Below are positions 15,970 to 27,080 of a stretch of DNA of 56,769 bases, one piece after another; positions within the stretch are counted from its first letter, which is position 1, and each line of letters starts with the position of its first letter. The notes beneath the pieces were generated by a model that saw only the letters and a program-made list of their open reading frames with translations, was not told where the DNA came from and searched no databases. Source of the stretch: Dethiobacteria bacterium (GTDB lineage Bacteria; Bacillota; Dethiobacteria; DTU022; UBA8154); the NCBI GenBank assembly GCA_050942625.1, contig JBMNNS010000002.1:1-56769 (forward strand), read 5' to 3'. The position numbers were made by a program, and so were the translations under genes.

Positions 15970-16781
15970 CAACGTTTCATTACCTTTACCAATGCTTCCC
16001 AAAATACTTGAATCATAAAAAGAGGCAATACAGCAGCCCTTTTAAAACGTGAAGGTTCTTTAATAACGCGATAAAGCCATTCCAACCCGCTTTGCTGCAT
16101 CCAAAGGGGTGCACGGCGGACTTTTCCGGCCAAAACATCAAAACTTCCTCCTACACCGATAGCCACGCAAGGAGGAAGTTTTTCTTTATAAAAGTGAATC
16201 CATTTTTCCTGTTTGGGAACGCCCATGGCTACTAAAAGCAGCCCGGGTTGTAATAAATTTATTTCTTTAATAATTAAGGGTTCATCTTTTTCCCCGAAAT
16301 AGCCATGATGGCTACCCACCACTTTAAGCCCCGGGTATATTTTAAGAGCATTACTAACAGCCAGGGTTAAAACATCGGGCCTCGATCCTAGAAAATAAAC
16401 AGGAATATTGCCATGGGCAGCTACCTGAAGGCATTTTAGCATAAGATCATAACCGGCCACCCGCTCTGGAACCGGGCAGGCTAAAATACGGGAAGCTATA
16501 ACAACACCGGCACCATCTGCAGTCACCATTCCGGCAGAGTCGATAATTTTGGCGAGTATCTTATCCTGCCGGCTGTTATACAGCATTTCAGCATTGGCTG
16601 TAACCACATGGAAAAATGTTGCCTCTTGTAACGCCTTACAAATTATTTGAATTGCCTGGTCCATAGTAAGGCAGTCAATTGGCCTACCAAGAATACTAGC
16701 CCTTTTAGGAAATGCTAATCTATTATTATGCTGGCCTGACAAGTACATTTCCCCCAATAGCCCGCTGAGCATGAAAAGCAT
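15966..16781 (-). CDS. tagA: WecB/TagA/CpsF-family glycosyltransferase (N-acetylmannosaminyltransferase-like)
   Basis: ILGRPIDCLTMDQA, TANAEML, PVYFLGS, MGVPKQEKW, GVGGSFDVLAGKVRRAP and LEWLYR. The start is ambiguous (M1, M4 or M12 of the ORF). Confidence 0.8.
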   Translation of the reverse strand: MLFMLSGLLGEMYLSGQHNNRLAFPKRASILGRPIDCLTMDQAIQIICKALQEATFFHVVTANAEMLYNSRQDKILAKIIDSAGMVTADGAGVVIASRILACPVPERVAGYDLMLKCLQVAAHGNIPVYFLGSRPDVLTLAVSNALKIYPGLKVVGSHHGYFGEKDEPLIIKEINLLQPGLLLVAMGVPKQEKWIHFYKEKLPPCVAIGVGGSFDVLAGKVRRAPLWMQQSGLEWLYRVIKEPSRFKRAAVLPLFMIQVFWEALVKVMKRC

Positions 16782-16819
16782 GTTTCAGAATAAACCATTA
16801 TATCGTTTTACTTGGCAAC

Positions 16820-17758
16820 CTATGATTGTCTTGAATCAATACCCCTGACGCAACGATCCATCAACTGCCGGATCTCGTCCTCGAGAGGAAAAACATAACT
16901 AATCCCATTAAGGTCCCCTGGCTTCCCCGGTAAGGTAAAGGTATTAATTTCTTCTATATCTACATTTCTTAACTTGTTGGCTAGTTTTAGTGCCTGGTTA
17001 AGCTCCAAATCAGTCTTTATATTCTGGGCTAATTCAGGCAAAAGGCTAGGAAAGGCCAGGACGTTCTTAAAAGTAACCATTTCCTGAATAAGGGCCTTAA
17101 GGAATTGTTGCTGCCGCTTAACCCTGCCAATGTCCTCATCCGGATAACCCCTCCAACGCACGTACTCCAGCGCCTTTTTACCATCCATCACCTGCAGGCC
17201 AGGATCTATTTTAATAGTAACATCAACGCCATAATAACGCATTTTCTCCTCCACATCGATTTCAACCCCACCAAGAATATCCACAATGTTTTCAAAACCA
17301 TCAAAACCCGTTGTCATGTAGTAATCGATATTAATCCCAAGTAAATTCTCCACAGCCTGCCTGGTAAGTGCAACACCTCCATAGGCATGAGCGTGGTTGA
17401 TTTTATCCATTCCATGGCCGGGTATTTCAACCCGCATATCCCGGGGAATAGAAATAATGTTAAGTTCGTTTGTTTTTCGGTTCAGGATTAAAAGCATTAT
17501 TGTGTCGGAACGCATTACTTTTTCACGGGAATCCAAACCTAATAGAAGCACGTTCATGACGTCCTTCAAGTCATCCTTGCTTTTCTCTTCTTTGGCAGGA
17601 AAGGTAGTGTTTTCCGGCAAAGCAACCTGGTAAATTTCATCCCAAAGCAATTTGAGCCATAAGCCTGTTGCAACCGATAAAACTGTTAAAATAAGCACCA
17701 CATAAATAAAGATATTCTTTTTCCTAGATTTCCCTGTTTTTTTTCTGCCACCAACCAT
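16820..17758 (-). CDS. LCP (LytR-CpsA-Psr) family cell-wall polymer ligase
   Basis: N-terminal TM anchor, LLLGLDSRE...RSDTIMLLILN, SIPRDM and DKINHAHAYGG. Confidence 0.85.
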   Translation of the reverse strand: MVGGRKKTGKSRKKNIFIYVVLILTVLSVATGLWLKLLWDEIYQVALPENTTFPAKEEKSKDDLKDVMNVLLLGLDSREKVMRSDTIMLLILNRKTNELNIISIPRDMRVEIPGHGMDKINHAHAYGGVALTRQAVENLLGINIDYYMTTGFDGFENIVDILGGVEIDVEEKMRYYGVDVTIKIDPGLQVMDGKKALEYVRWRGYPDEDIGRVKRQQQFLKALIQEMVTFKNVLAFPSLLPELAQNIKTDLELNQALKLANKLRNVDIEEINTFTLPGKPGDLNGISYVFPLEDEIRQLMDRCVRGIDSRQS

Positions 17759-18105
17759 TTTTCCCCAGTTCCTTTCTGAAACGTCTTCTAAAACCTCTTA
17801 AATAAAATAACGAACTCCGAATAAAGCAACTAACCTTCTCCAAGAACCATTATACCCTAACCAAAAACAGCAAACAACGATTTTCCTTTTGAAAGTAATC
17901 CTTTAACTTTTATTATTATTATGTAAATAAGAACATTGTTTCTGCAAAATAACACCTGCTCAGACAAGCTTTCCTATTTAATCATTATATCCCAGAAAGT
18001 GCTTCCAGGCAATTGTCGATTTTAGGAAAATCCTTTTGTCTACTTGCCTTCATAGTAAGGGAATGATAACATTATTTGGACAGCATTTAAAAGGGGGAAA
18101 CAATT

Positions 18106-19512
18106 ATGGAGCTGGGCTGGCAACATTTTTTAGGAATTTTCATTTCCTTAGCAGTAGTTTTTGGGGTAGGTATCTATGCAGGACATAAAATTCGTTCTTC
18201 TGTTGATTTTTCGGTCAGCGATCACCAGGCCGGCACGACACTGGTTGCTGGCACACTCATGGGAACCCTCATTGGAGGCGCCTCTACTGTGGGTACGGCC
18301 CAACTGGCTTTTTTAAGTGGTTTATCAGCCTGGTGGTTTACCCTGGGTGCAGGCCTGTCCTGTTTAATTATTGCCCTCTTTCTAGCCAAACCACTTTGGG
18401 AAACCCGTTTTGAGACAGTTCCCCAGTTTCTTTCTTCCAGTTATGGCCCTGCTGCTGGTGTTATTGCCTCCCTTTTTCTTTCCCTGGGCATGTTTATCAA
18501 TGTTGTTCCCCAGGTTTTCTCCTCTGTTGCCCTCCTGCTCCCTATACTTCCCCTTAATACAAAGTTAGCTGCCTTTATATCAGTCTCGTTAATGGCACTT
18601 TACGTCATTTTTGGTGGGCTCTGGGGAACAGGGCTAATGGGGATCAGCAAGGTATTATTGACTTGTGCCAGTCTCTTAACCGGAGGTTTACTTGCTTTTA
18701 AATACATCGGGGGCTTTTCGGGCTTGTCGGCAACATTCCCCCCCTATCCCTGGTTCAGCCTTTTTGGGCGTGGCATAAACACCGATTTGGCCTCAGCCTT
18801 TTCACTAATCCTGGGGGTTTTATCAAGCCAGATCTACTTTCAAGCGATCTTTTCCAGCAAAAACCTGCGTGTCGCCCGCACAGGTGCGCTGATCAGCGCC
18901 CTGCTGGGACCGGCTATCGGTTTCGGTGGCATCCTGATTGGTCTTTACATGCGGGCCAACTTTCCTAATATTAATCCTGCCCTGGCCTTGCCACTATTTA
19001 TACTTAATTATATGCCCCCTCTTTTTGCCGGGATCGCTCTTGCCACCCTACTTTTGGCAGCTATTGGCACAGGAGCAGGTCTTACCCTGGGGATCAGCAC
19101 TATGCTCAGTCGAGACATATACCAGCGCCTTAAACCTAATGCCAGTGACCGGCATATGCTTTTTATACTGCGTTTTTTTATCCTGCTGATCATGGCCCTG
19201 ACATTTGCAACTACTTTTTTTGCCGATGATAACGTCCTCATACAGCAGTGGAGTTATCTGTCCCTGGGTCTTAGGGGTTCCACGATCTGTTTCCCCCTTC
19301 TTTCGGTCATTTTCTTGAAAAATAAAATATCCCCCCTTGCCGGCACACTTGCCGTCCTTCTTAGCCCTGCCAGCGTAATTATAGGTACTGTTTTGCGCCT
19401 GAAACTAAATCCACTTTATATTGGTTTGGCCGTGGGCCTCGGCATACTTTTCTGGGGTTTCCTTTTCAACCCCGAAACCAAAGATAAAACCGGCTATATA
19501 TCAAAAACATAA
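18106..19512 (+). CDS. Sodium:solute symporter (SSS) family transporter
   Basis: 468 aa polytopic membrane protein with an SSS-like N-terminal layout. SD AAGGGGGA. Confidence 0.7.
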   Translation: MELGWQHFLGIFISLAVVFGVGIYAGHKIRSSVDFSVSDHQAGTTLVAGTLMGTLIGGASTVGTAQLAFLSGLSAWWFTLGAGLSCLIIALFLAKPLWETRFETVPQFLSSSYGPAAGVIASLFLSLGMFINVVPQVFSSVALLLPILPLNTKLAAFISVSLMALYVIFGGLWGTGLMGISKVLLTCASLLTGGLLAFKYIGGFSGLSATFPPYPWFSLFGRGINTDLASAFSLILGVLSSQIYFQAIFSSKNLRVARTGALISALLGPAIGFGGILIGLYMRANFPNINPALALPLFILNYMPPLFAGIALATLLLAAIGTGAGLTLGISTMLSRDIYQRLKPNASDRHMLFILRFFILLIMALTFATTFFADDNVLIQQWSYLSLGLRGSTICFPLLSVIFLKNKISPLAGTLAVLLSPASVIIGTVLRLKLNPLYIGLAVGLGILFWGFLFNPETKDKTGYISKT

Positions 19513-19578
19513 GTATAATTTAAGAAATAGTACAATATTATAATGAAAGAAAAAGAAAACCAAAAAGGATGATGCCTT

Positions 19579-20808
19579 ATGGCCTCCAGAATCTGGTTTC
19601 TCCTTGGCACAGCTGTAATCCTCATTATGACAGCCCTGCTGGTGGGCACTTTTGTTAAAATTCCACCCAGCGCCAGCGTTTTGCACTATTTTGATCGGAG
19701 TTTTTTAGTACAGGCAGCAAACTACCAGCACACAAACATCCTTATTTTCATCATTAAACAGTTCATTGTATGGGGTTTTTTAATAGGAGTGGCATTTTAT
19801 TTTTGGAAACATATCCGCGTGGCTCCTAAACTTTCGCTCCCTCTGGTGGCAGGCTATGTAGCCGTTATTTTTATTTTAATTTACCTTCTAACTCTACCAC
19901 TAGAATATTATCAGGGATTTATCCTTGAACATCGTTTTGGTTTTTCTGTCCAGTCCCCTGGCTCCTGGTTCCTGGACTATGTTAAAAACAAGACCATATC
20001 CCTGGCAATTTCTGTGTTTATCTTTACAGGCCTTTTTGCCCTCATGCGTTATTTCCCGACACGCTGGTGGTGGTTGGGAGGGATAACCTTTACTGTGTTC
20101 CTGGTGATTACAACTTACTTTTATCCTCTGGTTATTGATCCGCTTTTTTATAAATTTGAACCCTTAAAAAACAAAGAAATGACAACAAGCATCCTGCAAA
20201 TGGCTGAAAAAGCAGGTATCAAAATAGATGAAGTCCTGGTTGCAAATGCCAGCGCCAGGACCCGTAAGGTAAACGCCTATTTCACAGGACTGGGTAAAAC
20301 AAAACGTATTGTGCTATATGATAACCTGCTTTCCCAATTTCCACCAAAAGAAACCCTTGCTGTAGTAGCACATGAAATGGGCCACTGGAACCATTCCCAT
20401 CTAATAAAAGGTACCTTCCTGGGCATTTTCGGGGTTTTCCTGGCCCTTTTTCTCCTGAAACTAATCCTTGGGGGAATGCAACTAGAACTAAAGGCTGACT
20501 ACAGGACCATAATACTTGTTATCCTCTTCTTTTCCCTCTTTTCCTTTGTTTCCCTTCCCTTTCAAAACGCAATCTCCAGGTTTTGGGAGAAGGAGGCAGA
20601 CTTAGAAGCTATGCGCCTTACCGAGGATCCCCTCACCCATATTTCATTAAAACAAAACCTGGCCCTTGCCAACCTGGCCGAAGTCGATCCCCACCCTTTT
20701 GTCAAGTATATTATCTATACACACCCCTCTACCATGGATAGAATTAAATTAGCAGTACAGGAAGCAAAAAAACAAGAAACAAGGGATAAAACAAAGGACA
20801 GGGAATAA
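19579..20808 (+). CDS. M48-family (Ste24/HtpX-like) zinc metalloprotease
   Basis: Multi-TM N-terminal region, HEMGHWNH zinc motif, downstream EKEAD and THPSTMDRI. Confidence 0.85.
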   Translation: MASRIWFLLGTAVILIMTALLVGTFVKIPPSASVLHYFDRSFLVQAANYQHTNILIFIIKQFIVWGFLIGVAFYFWKHIRVAPKLSLPLVAGYVAVIFILIYLLTLPLEYYQGFILEHRFGFSVQSPGSWFLDYVKNKTISLAISVFIFTGLFALMRYFPTRWWWLGGITFTVFLVITTYFYPLVIDPLFYKFEPLKNKEMTTSILQMAEKAGIKIDEVLVANASARTRKVNAYFTGLGKTKRIVLYDNLLSQFPPKETLAVVAHEMGHWNHSHLIKGTFLGIFGVFLALFLLKLILGGMQLELKADYRTIILVILFFSLFSFVSLPFQNAISRFWEKEADLEAMRLTEDPLTHISLKQNLALANLAEVDPHPFVKYIIYTHPSTMDRIKLAVQEAKKQETRDKTKDRE

Positions 20809-20836
20809 AGGCAACAACCTTTATCCCCACTTTCCA

Positions 20837-21469
20837 CTAAACCAGTGCTCCTGCAAAAAAATCGGTAACCATACTCGTAAACTTATGTTCAATACCTGCC
20901 CAAAAATGATCCGCCCCTGCGATTATTTTTATTTTTTTAGGCTCAGCCATTTTAGCTGCTTTCTCTAGAACCCCAGAAACGGGGACCATACTATCCTGGT
21001 CACCGCAAATAATCAGTTTCGGTTTAGAACATTTTTGAAGTGAACCTGATGGAATAACAGGCGAAATCCCGGCAATCGCCCTGGCCTCCTTACTTATTTC
21101 TCCAGCCTTAAAGGCGACCAAACCTCCAAAAGAATAACCGATAATACCGAGCTGCAAAGGGTTGATCTCTTTTAATTTAGCCAGAAAGGCAAGGGCAGCC
21201 AGGGCATCCTCAGTTTCACCTATACCGTGATCAAAATTCCCTTCACTGCGTCCTACACCCCTGAAGTTAAAGAGCAAGGCTGCCAGCCCTTTTTCCACCA
21301 AAGCTCGAGCAACGTCAGTAGTCACGTTATTATGCATGTTTCCACCATAAAGAGGATGGGGATGGCAGATTATTACTCCAGGACAGGGTTGTTCAAGATT
21401 GGGAAACATAAGTAAAGCCTCTAAAGATAGACCTTTTGCATTTTCAAAAGCAGTTTTTATTTTGCGCAT
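20837..21469 (-). CDS. Alpha/beta hydrolase
   Basis: GYSFGG nucleophile elbow, HPHPLYGGNMHN, C-terminal GADHFW. Start at MRKIKT, with GGGGGA 7 nt upstream. Confidence 0.75.
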   Translation of the reverse strand: MRKIKTAFENAKGLSLEALLMFPNLEQPCPGVIICHPHPLYGGNMHNNVTTDVARALVEKGLAALLFNFRGVGRSEGNFDHGIGETEDALAALAFLAKLKEINPLQLGIIGYSFGGLVAFKAGEISKEARAIAGISPVIPSGSLQKCSKPKLIICGDQDSMVPVSGVLEKAAKMAEPKKIKIIAGADHFWAGIEHKFTSMVTDFFAGALV

Positions 21470-21487
21470 CAAACAATCCCCCAATTT

Positions 21488-22519
21488 CTATAAAGAATAT
21501 TGTTTTAACTCCTTTTTATAATGATCAGCAACATCCTTTAAGAGGGCAAAAGAATTTTCTACCGTTTTTGTTCCATCCAAGTTAATCAGGCAACAGCGGG
21601 CTGGAGCAAACCAGGCCTGGGAAAGTATTTTCTCCTTGGAAACCCCCAGTTTCAAAAGGTTGTCCCAGATATTTTCCAATTTTTCAATCATGGTTTGCAT
21701 GTTTTCCTGTTCATATTCCTCTGTAAGGGTAGGGGTAATCCCCCAGCTTATAATACCTCCTTTATCCAGGAAGGCTACTACTTCTTCCCCATAGTTGGAA
21801 AAAATGGGTCCCCAGGACAAGGCGTCAATGGAAAGGACATCAAGATCAAGCTGTAGCAAAAATGACCAATCCGGATTCCCACACAAATGCACGCCTTTTG
21901 GGCCTGGTACTTTTTGGAGATAAAGGCGGTAATCCTCAAGCGCCTTTTCACTGGTGTAGCCGGTAAAAGCCATGAAGAGCATTTCCAACCCCGGCTCATC
22001 CACCCAGACAAAAGCATTTTTATTTTTAAAAAGCATTTGATTGTACTGGGCATGTAATTTTTTAGCTACAAAATCGAAAATAATTTCCCTTACTTCATCG
22101 TGGTAGATCATGGATTTACGCTGTTCGTCCAGGATCTTTAGGCCGTAGCTTACAGGTCCAATGCTTTGACCGCGTATGTAGGCGTAGGAAGAGAGATCCT
22201 TTTCTAAAAAACGATGAAACACCGCTGCATATTGCGGGGAGAGACGGAAATAGTCCTCATCATCAAAATGAGCAATAAATTGTTCCAAATCTGTATAAAA
22301 TTTGTCCATTGAAAAAGTAATTTCTCTTTTCTCCATATCCAGGATGATACCAGGAAAATGTTCAGATATTTGGACATACATGTCTTCATAATAGCTTAGT
22401 TTGGGCAATTGGGGCCAATATGGAATATCAAGGGAAAGGGAAAGGGCAAGGGCCTCCTCCATATCCTGGTGAGGCATGATACCCATAGCAGTTGTCATAC
22501 AGTTTCCCCTTAGTTTCAT
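21488..22519 (-). CDS. URO-D / cobalamin-independent methionine-synthase-like TIM-barrel family protein, function unknown
   Basis: 343 aa. N-terminal MGIMPH..LDIPYWPQLP and VWVDEPGL segments resemble this superfamily. The assignment is by eye only. Confidence 0.4.
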   Translation of the reverse strand: MKLRGNCMTTAMGIMPHQDMEEALALSLSLDIPYWPQLPKLSYYEDMYVQISEHFPGIILDMEKREITFSMDKFYTDLEQFIAHFDDEDYFRLSPQYAAVFHRFLEKDLSSYAYIRGQSIGPVSYGLKILDEQRKSMIYHDEVREIIFDFVAKKLHAQYNQMLFKNKNAFVWVDEPGLEMLFMAFTGYTSEKALEDYRLYLQKVPGPKGVHLCGNPDWSFLLQLDLDVLSIDALSWGPIFSNYGEEVVAFLDKGGIISWGITPTLTEEYEQENMQTMIEKLENIWDNLLKLGVSKEKILSQAWFAPARCCLINLDGTKTVENSFALLKDVADHYKKELKQYSL

Positions 22520-22723
22520 AATTTTTTAACCTCCTTAAATTTAGCAGTTTAATTATAACATACTGCTGGAGGCTAAAGAGTTTTCCTGAGCAGTTTTGGG
22601 AAATAAAAAACCTCAGATCCAGTTCAGTTCCCCATTCAGAATCTTGCTTCTGCTGAAATACTGGACAAAAGGGGTATAAGCATTTATAATTTGGTTAGCA
22701 CTTACAAAAAACGGGTTTAAAAA

Positions 22724-23503
22724 ATGAAGGAACAACGGACTGGCGTTAGACAGGAGATGTATAATTTGATCAAATGGAAGAATAGAACATATCGTAAGGT
22801 TTTTGCCATAGCAATTGTTGTACTGTTGGTTGGGGGAATGTTGCTCAGCGCAACCTATGGTCTTGTGGATTTAATTGGCCGGGGCAATGCCTCCCCTGAA
22901 TCCCCAGGGAAAACAGTGGCTGTTGTCAATGGCGTGGAAATAAGTAAAGGTGAACTTGAAACTTTGTTCAACCATGCTAAAAACAACCTCCTTCAGCAGG
23001 GAATGGAGTTGGATAGCAAGGAAGCAGAGGAGTTACTGGAACAACTAAAAAAACAGATACTGCAGCAAATGATCAATAATATCCTTTTATTACAGAAATC
23101 TGAAGAAGAAGGGATCACGCCTGACGAGGAGGAGGTCCAGGCCCGTTATGACGAAATCCTGGCCCAATACAAGGACGAAAAAGCTTTAAAAGAACAACTT
23201 TCCTATTCCAACCTCACCATAGATATTCTTAAAAAGGAAATTGCCAATAACCTCAAAATCGAAAAATATATTGAACATTATTTAGCAGAAAATGTGGACG
23301 AAAAGGATTTAATAGTAACTGATGAGGAACTAAAGGAACTATACGAACAATACAGTTTGCAAAAGGAAGATCTACCGGAATTTGAAGAAATGAAACCGGA
23401 ACTTTTGGAAACGTTAAAGGAACAAAAACGCAGCTCCCAATTGGAACTCCTGATAGAAAAGCTTAATGAAGATAGCGAAATTGAAATTAAATTAACGGAA
23501 TAA
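22724..23503 (+). CDS. SurA N-terminal-domain-like chaperone protein (no PPIase domain), membrane anchored
   Basis: TM anchor, VAVVNGVEISKGELE, and a long helical E/K-rich region. An alternative TTG start at 22766 has a better SD. Confidence 0.55.
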   Translation: MKEQRTGVRQEMYNLIKWKNRTYRKVFAIAIVVLLVGGMLLSATYGLVDLIGRGNASPESPGKTVAVVNGVEISKGELETLFNHAKNNLLQQGMELDSKEAEELLEQLKKQILQQMINNILLLQKSEEEGITPDEEEVQARYDEILAQYKDEKALKEQLSYSNLTIDILKKEIANNLKIEKYIEHYLAENVDEKDLIVTDEELKELYEQYSLQKEDLPEFEEMKPELLETLKEQKRSSQLELLIEKLNEDSEIEIKLTE

Positions 23504-23534
23504 GCCCCTGCATTTCCATTGGGGATTGGGGGCT

Positions 23535-26147
23535 CTACTTTTTAAACCAGACACTTTTTACCCGACCGGTTTCCTGATCACTGTAGTAGCCAACCTCTGC
23601 GCCAAACCCCTTTTCACCTATGGCACGGAAGGGCAGGTAGGTGCGATCATCGACGATCTGGGGGGGTACATCCAGTATGTAACTTTCCGTAGTTCCAGTT
23701 GCCTTATCCTGCACTGTCATTTCATTAGAACCAATTTCCAGTTTAATTAGGATCTCCTTGCTTTCCAGGGTTACTAACTCTGTGCGTCCGGTCTGTGGAT
23801 TTGACGTCCAATCCACAAAGGCCGAAAGCGCTTCCCCTAAAAACCTTACCGGAACTAGGGTGCGTCCGTTTTGGATAAAGGGGGCTGCGTCCATGATTGC
23901 CGGTTTGCCATTAATTTTATATTCGGTAGAATTGATCCACATTTCCACGTCAGGATGGCGATCCCCAGCAGGTGGCAAACTGTCCCCAGCCTCCAACCCT
24001 TTGATCATTTCCACATTGTCAATATAAATGGTGCCTTTCCGGGGGTAAGGTGCTATACTTTTTTCCGGTTCCTGAACCAGATAAATGCTGCTCAGGACAA
24101 GAGGCTGTGGCCAGGAGGGGTCTATATCGCCCTGCACCCGCCGCCAGCCTTTCCAATCCACCGCTTTTGCCAGATCTACATAGCGCTTTTTCCCGTCAGC
24201 GCTCCTAACTTCTGCCCGTAACCAGTAACCACTGCCATCACCATAAACATAAGCAGAAATACCCAGGTTATTTGTTCCCATGGAAATTTGGCCGGAACCC
24301 AGTTGGCCATAAGCAATCATGACTTCCCCTGTGGGGAGACTAAAATCGTACTGCAGCCGGCCTGAACGCTCGCCCTCATAAATGTATTTTGGGTCTGTTT
24401 CAAACTCAAAACTACCGGGAAGGCCTGCAGGATGGCTACGAAAGGCAGTTGTCTGCCATTCCCGGAAAGTGAAAAAGGGCTCCCTTTTGCCACCAATGCG
24501 GATGGGGATCTCTTTGTAATGGCCGTCAAATTCAGCAGTCAAAGTTCCAAACCCTTCCTCCTCACCAGCAGTGAAGACACTGTTTTCCACATAGCCAAGA
24601 TCTGCTTCCCAGTTAATCATCCTTAATGGAGCCTTGAGGGTTAGACCACTAGAAAGCTTCACTTCTGCGTCCAGGGATAACTTCTGTCCGGGGAGAAGAC
24701 AGATTTCAGCCGGGCTAACGGAAAGATTAACAATATCTTCACCACCATAAACCCGTACCTTTTTTTCCTCTTTTACTCCCTGATATTGTACGCTTAAAGT
24801 AACATATCCGCTCTTTTTTCCCTTCAGAGTGCCGTTTTGGACTTCTGCCCGTTCAAGATCCGATACTTCCCATACCAAATCTTCCGGCGCAATTCTTAGC
24901 GGATGATAATGGAGATCATGGCCTGTTACCCTGTAATTTGTTTCTGTTCCTACCAGCAAACCTTCTGCCCCATGAAGAAATAATTTTTCAGCTGCTGTTT
25001 GAGGGGCTCGGTTAAAAATGCCAATGGCATTGGGCAAAGACCGTTCTACCTTGTAATAAGGTTGGTTAACCAGCTCAGGTTGAAATTCCCCCAACAGACG
25101 TGCTACCATTGTGGTAGAGCCACCACCGTCCAAATTCAGGGCCTGCACAGCGCCCAAACGGCTCATGAAAAGAGCCAGCTCGTCCATAGTTATGCCTGAC
25201 AGCGAAGAGGTGCCATCAATGGTTACAAAAAAAATCCTTTTAGCTTCTGGACCTATCCCCACGGCTGTACGGGAGGCTCTGTTGCCACCGGGGGAGGGGA
25301 GCCCACTTAAGGGTTGTCCACCCGAAACTAGAATAACATGCCCACCGACTGCGGTTTCCAGGTCCATGGGGGGATCAATCCCCAGCTGATAATCAACCAT
25401 GGCCCCCAGAGTTGCGTGTTGAAGCAGGAAAGCAGCCCCATTTCCCTCAGCGACCAGGACAAATCCATCCGGGGGAATAACTGCTGGCTGAGTATCACTG
25501 AGAACCTGCGTAACAATCCCATTTTGCACTGTTACCTTCAAAACTGGTTTTCCAAAGAAAACAGAAGAAACTTCCTTTCCCCAGTGACGATCATAAAGAA
25601 AAATGCCGTTTTCATTCCGGTAGTTCTGGTTATAACCATAAAGCTGGTAGCAATATTTACCCTGGCAAACGACCTCACTGCGGAAAAGCCACTTTAAAAT
25701 ATGGGCTGTCCTCTGTGCATCTATAGCAAACCCCAGCCAACTGGTGTCATAGGTGGGCGAAGAAAGTATTTTATTATTTTCCATATGTAAGCCAAAAGGA
25801 GCTGCCGGCAAGTTCAGATTAAAAAAATCGGCATTGACAGCGGCCACAGCATTCTGCTCTGTAGCCATAGCTTTAACCGTTTGCCGGTTGTTAAACCCCT
25901 CCCGTGGGTGCAGGGCCTGGATCTCCACATAAGGATTGGTCAGATCCACTTCCAGCTTCCGGGCCGGCAGAGGCTTCCCCTGGATATACAGGGTATAATA
26001 GTAAAGATCTACCCCCTCACCTATCTTTTCCTGCCTTTCCAGCCGGTAATCAACAGCCGACGCCCCATTGACAAAGAAAATACTGCTTAATAGCAAAAAA
26101 ACCCCCACATTAACTAATAATAATACCGCTTTATGTAAACGTCTCAT
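23535..26147 (-). CDS. Secreted phosphodiester glycosidase (NAGPA/DUF2233) protein with Ig-like domains and C-terminal copper-amine-oxidase-N-like domains
   Basis: Signal peptide; AAVNADFFNL and ALNLDGGGSTTMV; C-terminal NGRTLVPVRFLGEALSAFVDW and DDRTYLPFRAIGE repeats. Confidence 0.75.
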   Translation of the reverse strand: MRRLHKAVLLLVNVGVFLLLSSIFFVNGASAVDYRLERQEKIGEGVDLYYYTLYIQGKPLPARKLEVDLTNPYVEIQALHPREGFNNRQTVKAMATEQNAVAAVNADFFNLNLPAAPFGLHMENNKILSSPTYDTSWLGFAIDAQRTAHILKWLFRSEVVCQGKYCYQLYGYNQNYRNENGIFLYDRHWGKEVSSVFFGKPVLKVTVQNGIVTQVLSDTQPAVIPPDGFVLVAEGNGAAFLLQHATLGAMVDYQLGIDPPMDLETAVGGHVILVSGGQPLSGLPSPGGNRASRTAVGIGPEAKRIFFVTIDGTSSLSGITMDELALFMSRLGAVQALNLDGGGSTTMVARLLGEFQPELVNQPYYKVERSLPNAIGIFNRAPQTAAEKLFLHGAEGLLVGTETNYRVTGHDLHYHPLRIAPEDLVWEVSDLERAEVQNGTLKGKKSGYVTLSVQYQGVKEEKKVRVYGGEDIVNLSVSPAEICLLPGQKLSLDAEVKLSSGLTLKAPLRMINWEADLGYVENSVFTAGEEEGFGTLTAEFDGHYKEIPIRIGGKREPFFTFREWQTTAFRSHPAGLPGSFEFETDPKYIYEGERSGRLQYDFSLPTGEVMIAYGQLGSGQISMGTNNLGISAYVYGDGSGYWLRAEVRSADGKKRYVDLAKAVDWKGWRRVQGDIDPSWPQPLVLSSIYLVQEPEKSIAPYPRKGTIYIDNVEMIKGLEAGDSLPPAGDRHPDVEMWINSTEYKINGKPAIMDAAPFIQNGRTLVPVRFLGEALSAFVDWTSNPQTGRTELVTLESKEILIKLEIGSNEMTVQDKATGTTESYILDVPPQIVDDRTYLPFRAIGEKGFGAEVGYYSDQETGRVKSVWFKK

Positions 26148-26310
26148 AAAAGCCTCCCTGCTATCCGCATATTTTTCTATCCTTATACTATTAAACCAGA
26201 AACCTCCTAAATTGACAACAACAGAGAGTTTTCTCTAAGCGTTCTTAGGGTTAAATAGCGTTACTTAGCTTCCTCTCCTTTCCATTTATGTAAACTATTG
26301 CGGCCGTTCA

Positions 26311-26399
26311 TAAAAATAAAAACCCCTGTTTTACCAAACCTATCCCTGTGCTGTTTTTTTATTTAAAGTCAGTAAAACCAGCACATCGGTAAACAGGGG
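26311..26399 (-). terminator. Long interrupted hairpin terminator after pyrE
   Basis: On the minus strand: outer 12-bp stem CCCCTGTTTACC/GGTAAAACAGGGG (one bulge), inner 7-bp stem, then TTTTTATTTTTA. Confidence 0.6.
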
Positions 26400-26486
26400 A
26401 ACATTAATTCCGGTAGTAGTTTTTCCCATTCGGTTCTTCATGGGGGCAAACTGCCTTCTTTTGCCGGCATTTTTATCAAACTGCCA

Positions 26487-27080
26487 TTATTGCAAATCAA
26501 TCCCCAGTTCATCAATGGTTATAAGGGCATCAAAGGAGATACCCCTACCTGCAAACAGTTCAGCGGCTCCCGCTTTTCTATCCAACAAGGCAATAACCTT
26601 AAGTATTTCATAACCACTGTTTTGTAATACCTCTACCGTACCCATCGCAGATGAACCTGTAGTAGCAACATCTTCAATAACTATTATCTTTGCTCCCTCT
26701 TTGAGGTCGGGCCCTTCTATCCTTTTATAATCCCCATGCTCTTTGGCTTTTTTTCGATCCACAAAATATTTAACCTTTTGAAAGAATGGTTCAAAATAGC
26801 TCAATGCGGCCAGGGCCCCCGCCATCGGGGCTGCACCCAAGGCCGCACCACCAATTGCGTCCACTTCAATACCCTTTATCTTTTCCATAATCCCTTTAGC
26901 CACCAAAAAAGCACCTTCAGGTAAGAGTAACAAGGATTTACTATTAAAATAGTGTTTACTTATTTTCCCTGAAGAAAGGGGAAACTCGCCTTTTTTATAG
27001 GCATATTCCTTAAACAAATAGAGGAGTCTTTCTTTATCAAAAGCCGGAAGCGAAAAATCAGGAGTATATTCTGTAACCAA
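26487..27080 (-). CDS. pyrE: Orotate phosphoribosyltransferase
   Basis: 197 aa. PRPP-binding loop KIIVIEDVATTGSS, LSSGKISKHYFN. TTG start. Confidence 0.85.
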   Translation of the reverse strand: MVTEYTPDFSLPAFDKERLLYLFKEYAYKKGEFPLSSGKISKHYFNSKSLLLLPEGAFLVAKGIMEKIKGIEVDAIGGAALGAAPMAGALAALSYFEPFFQKVKYFVDRKKAKEHGDYKRIEGPDLKEGAKIIVIEDVATTGSSAMGTVEVLQNSGYEILKVIALLDRKAGAAELFAGRGISFDALITIDELGIDLQ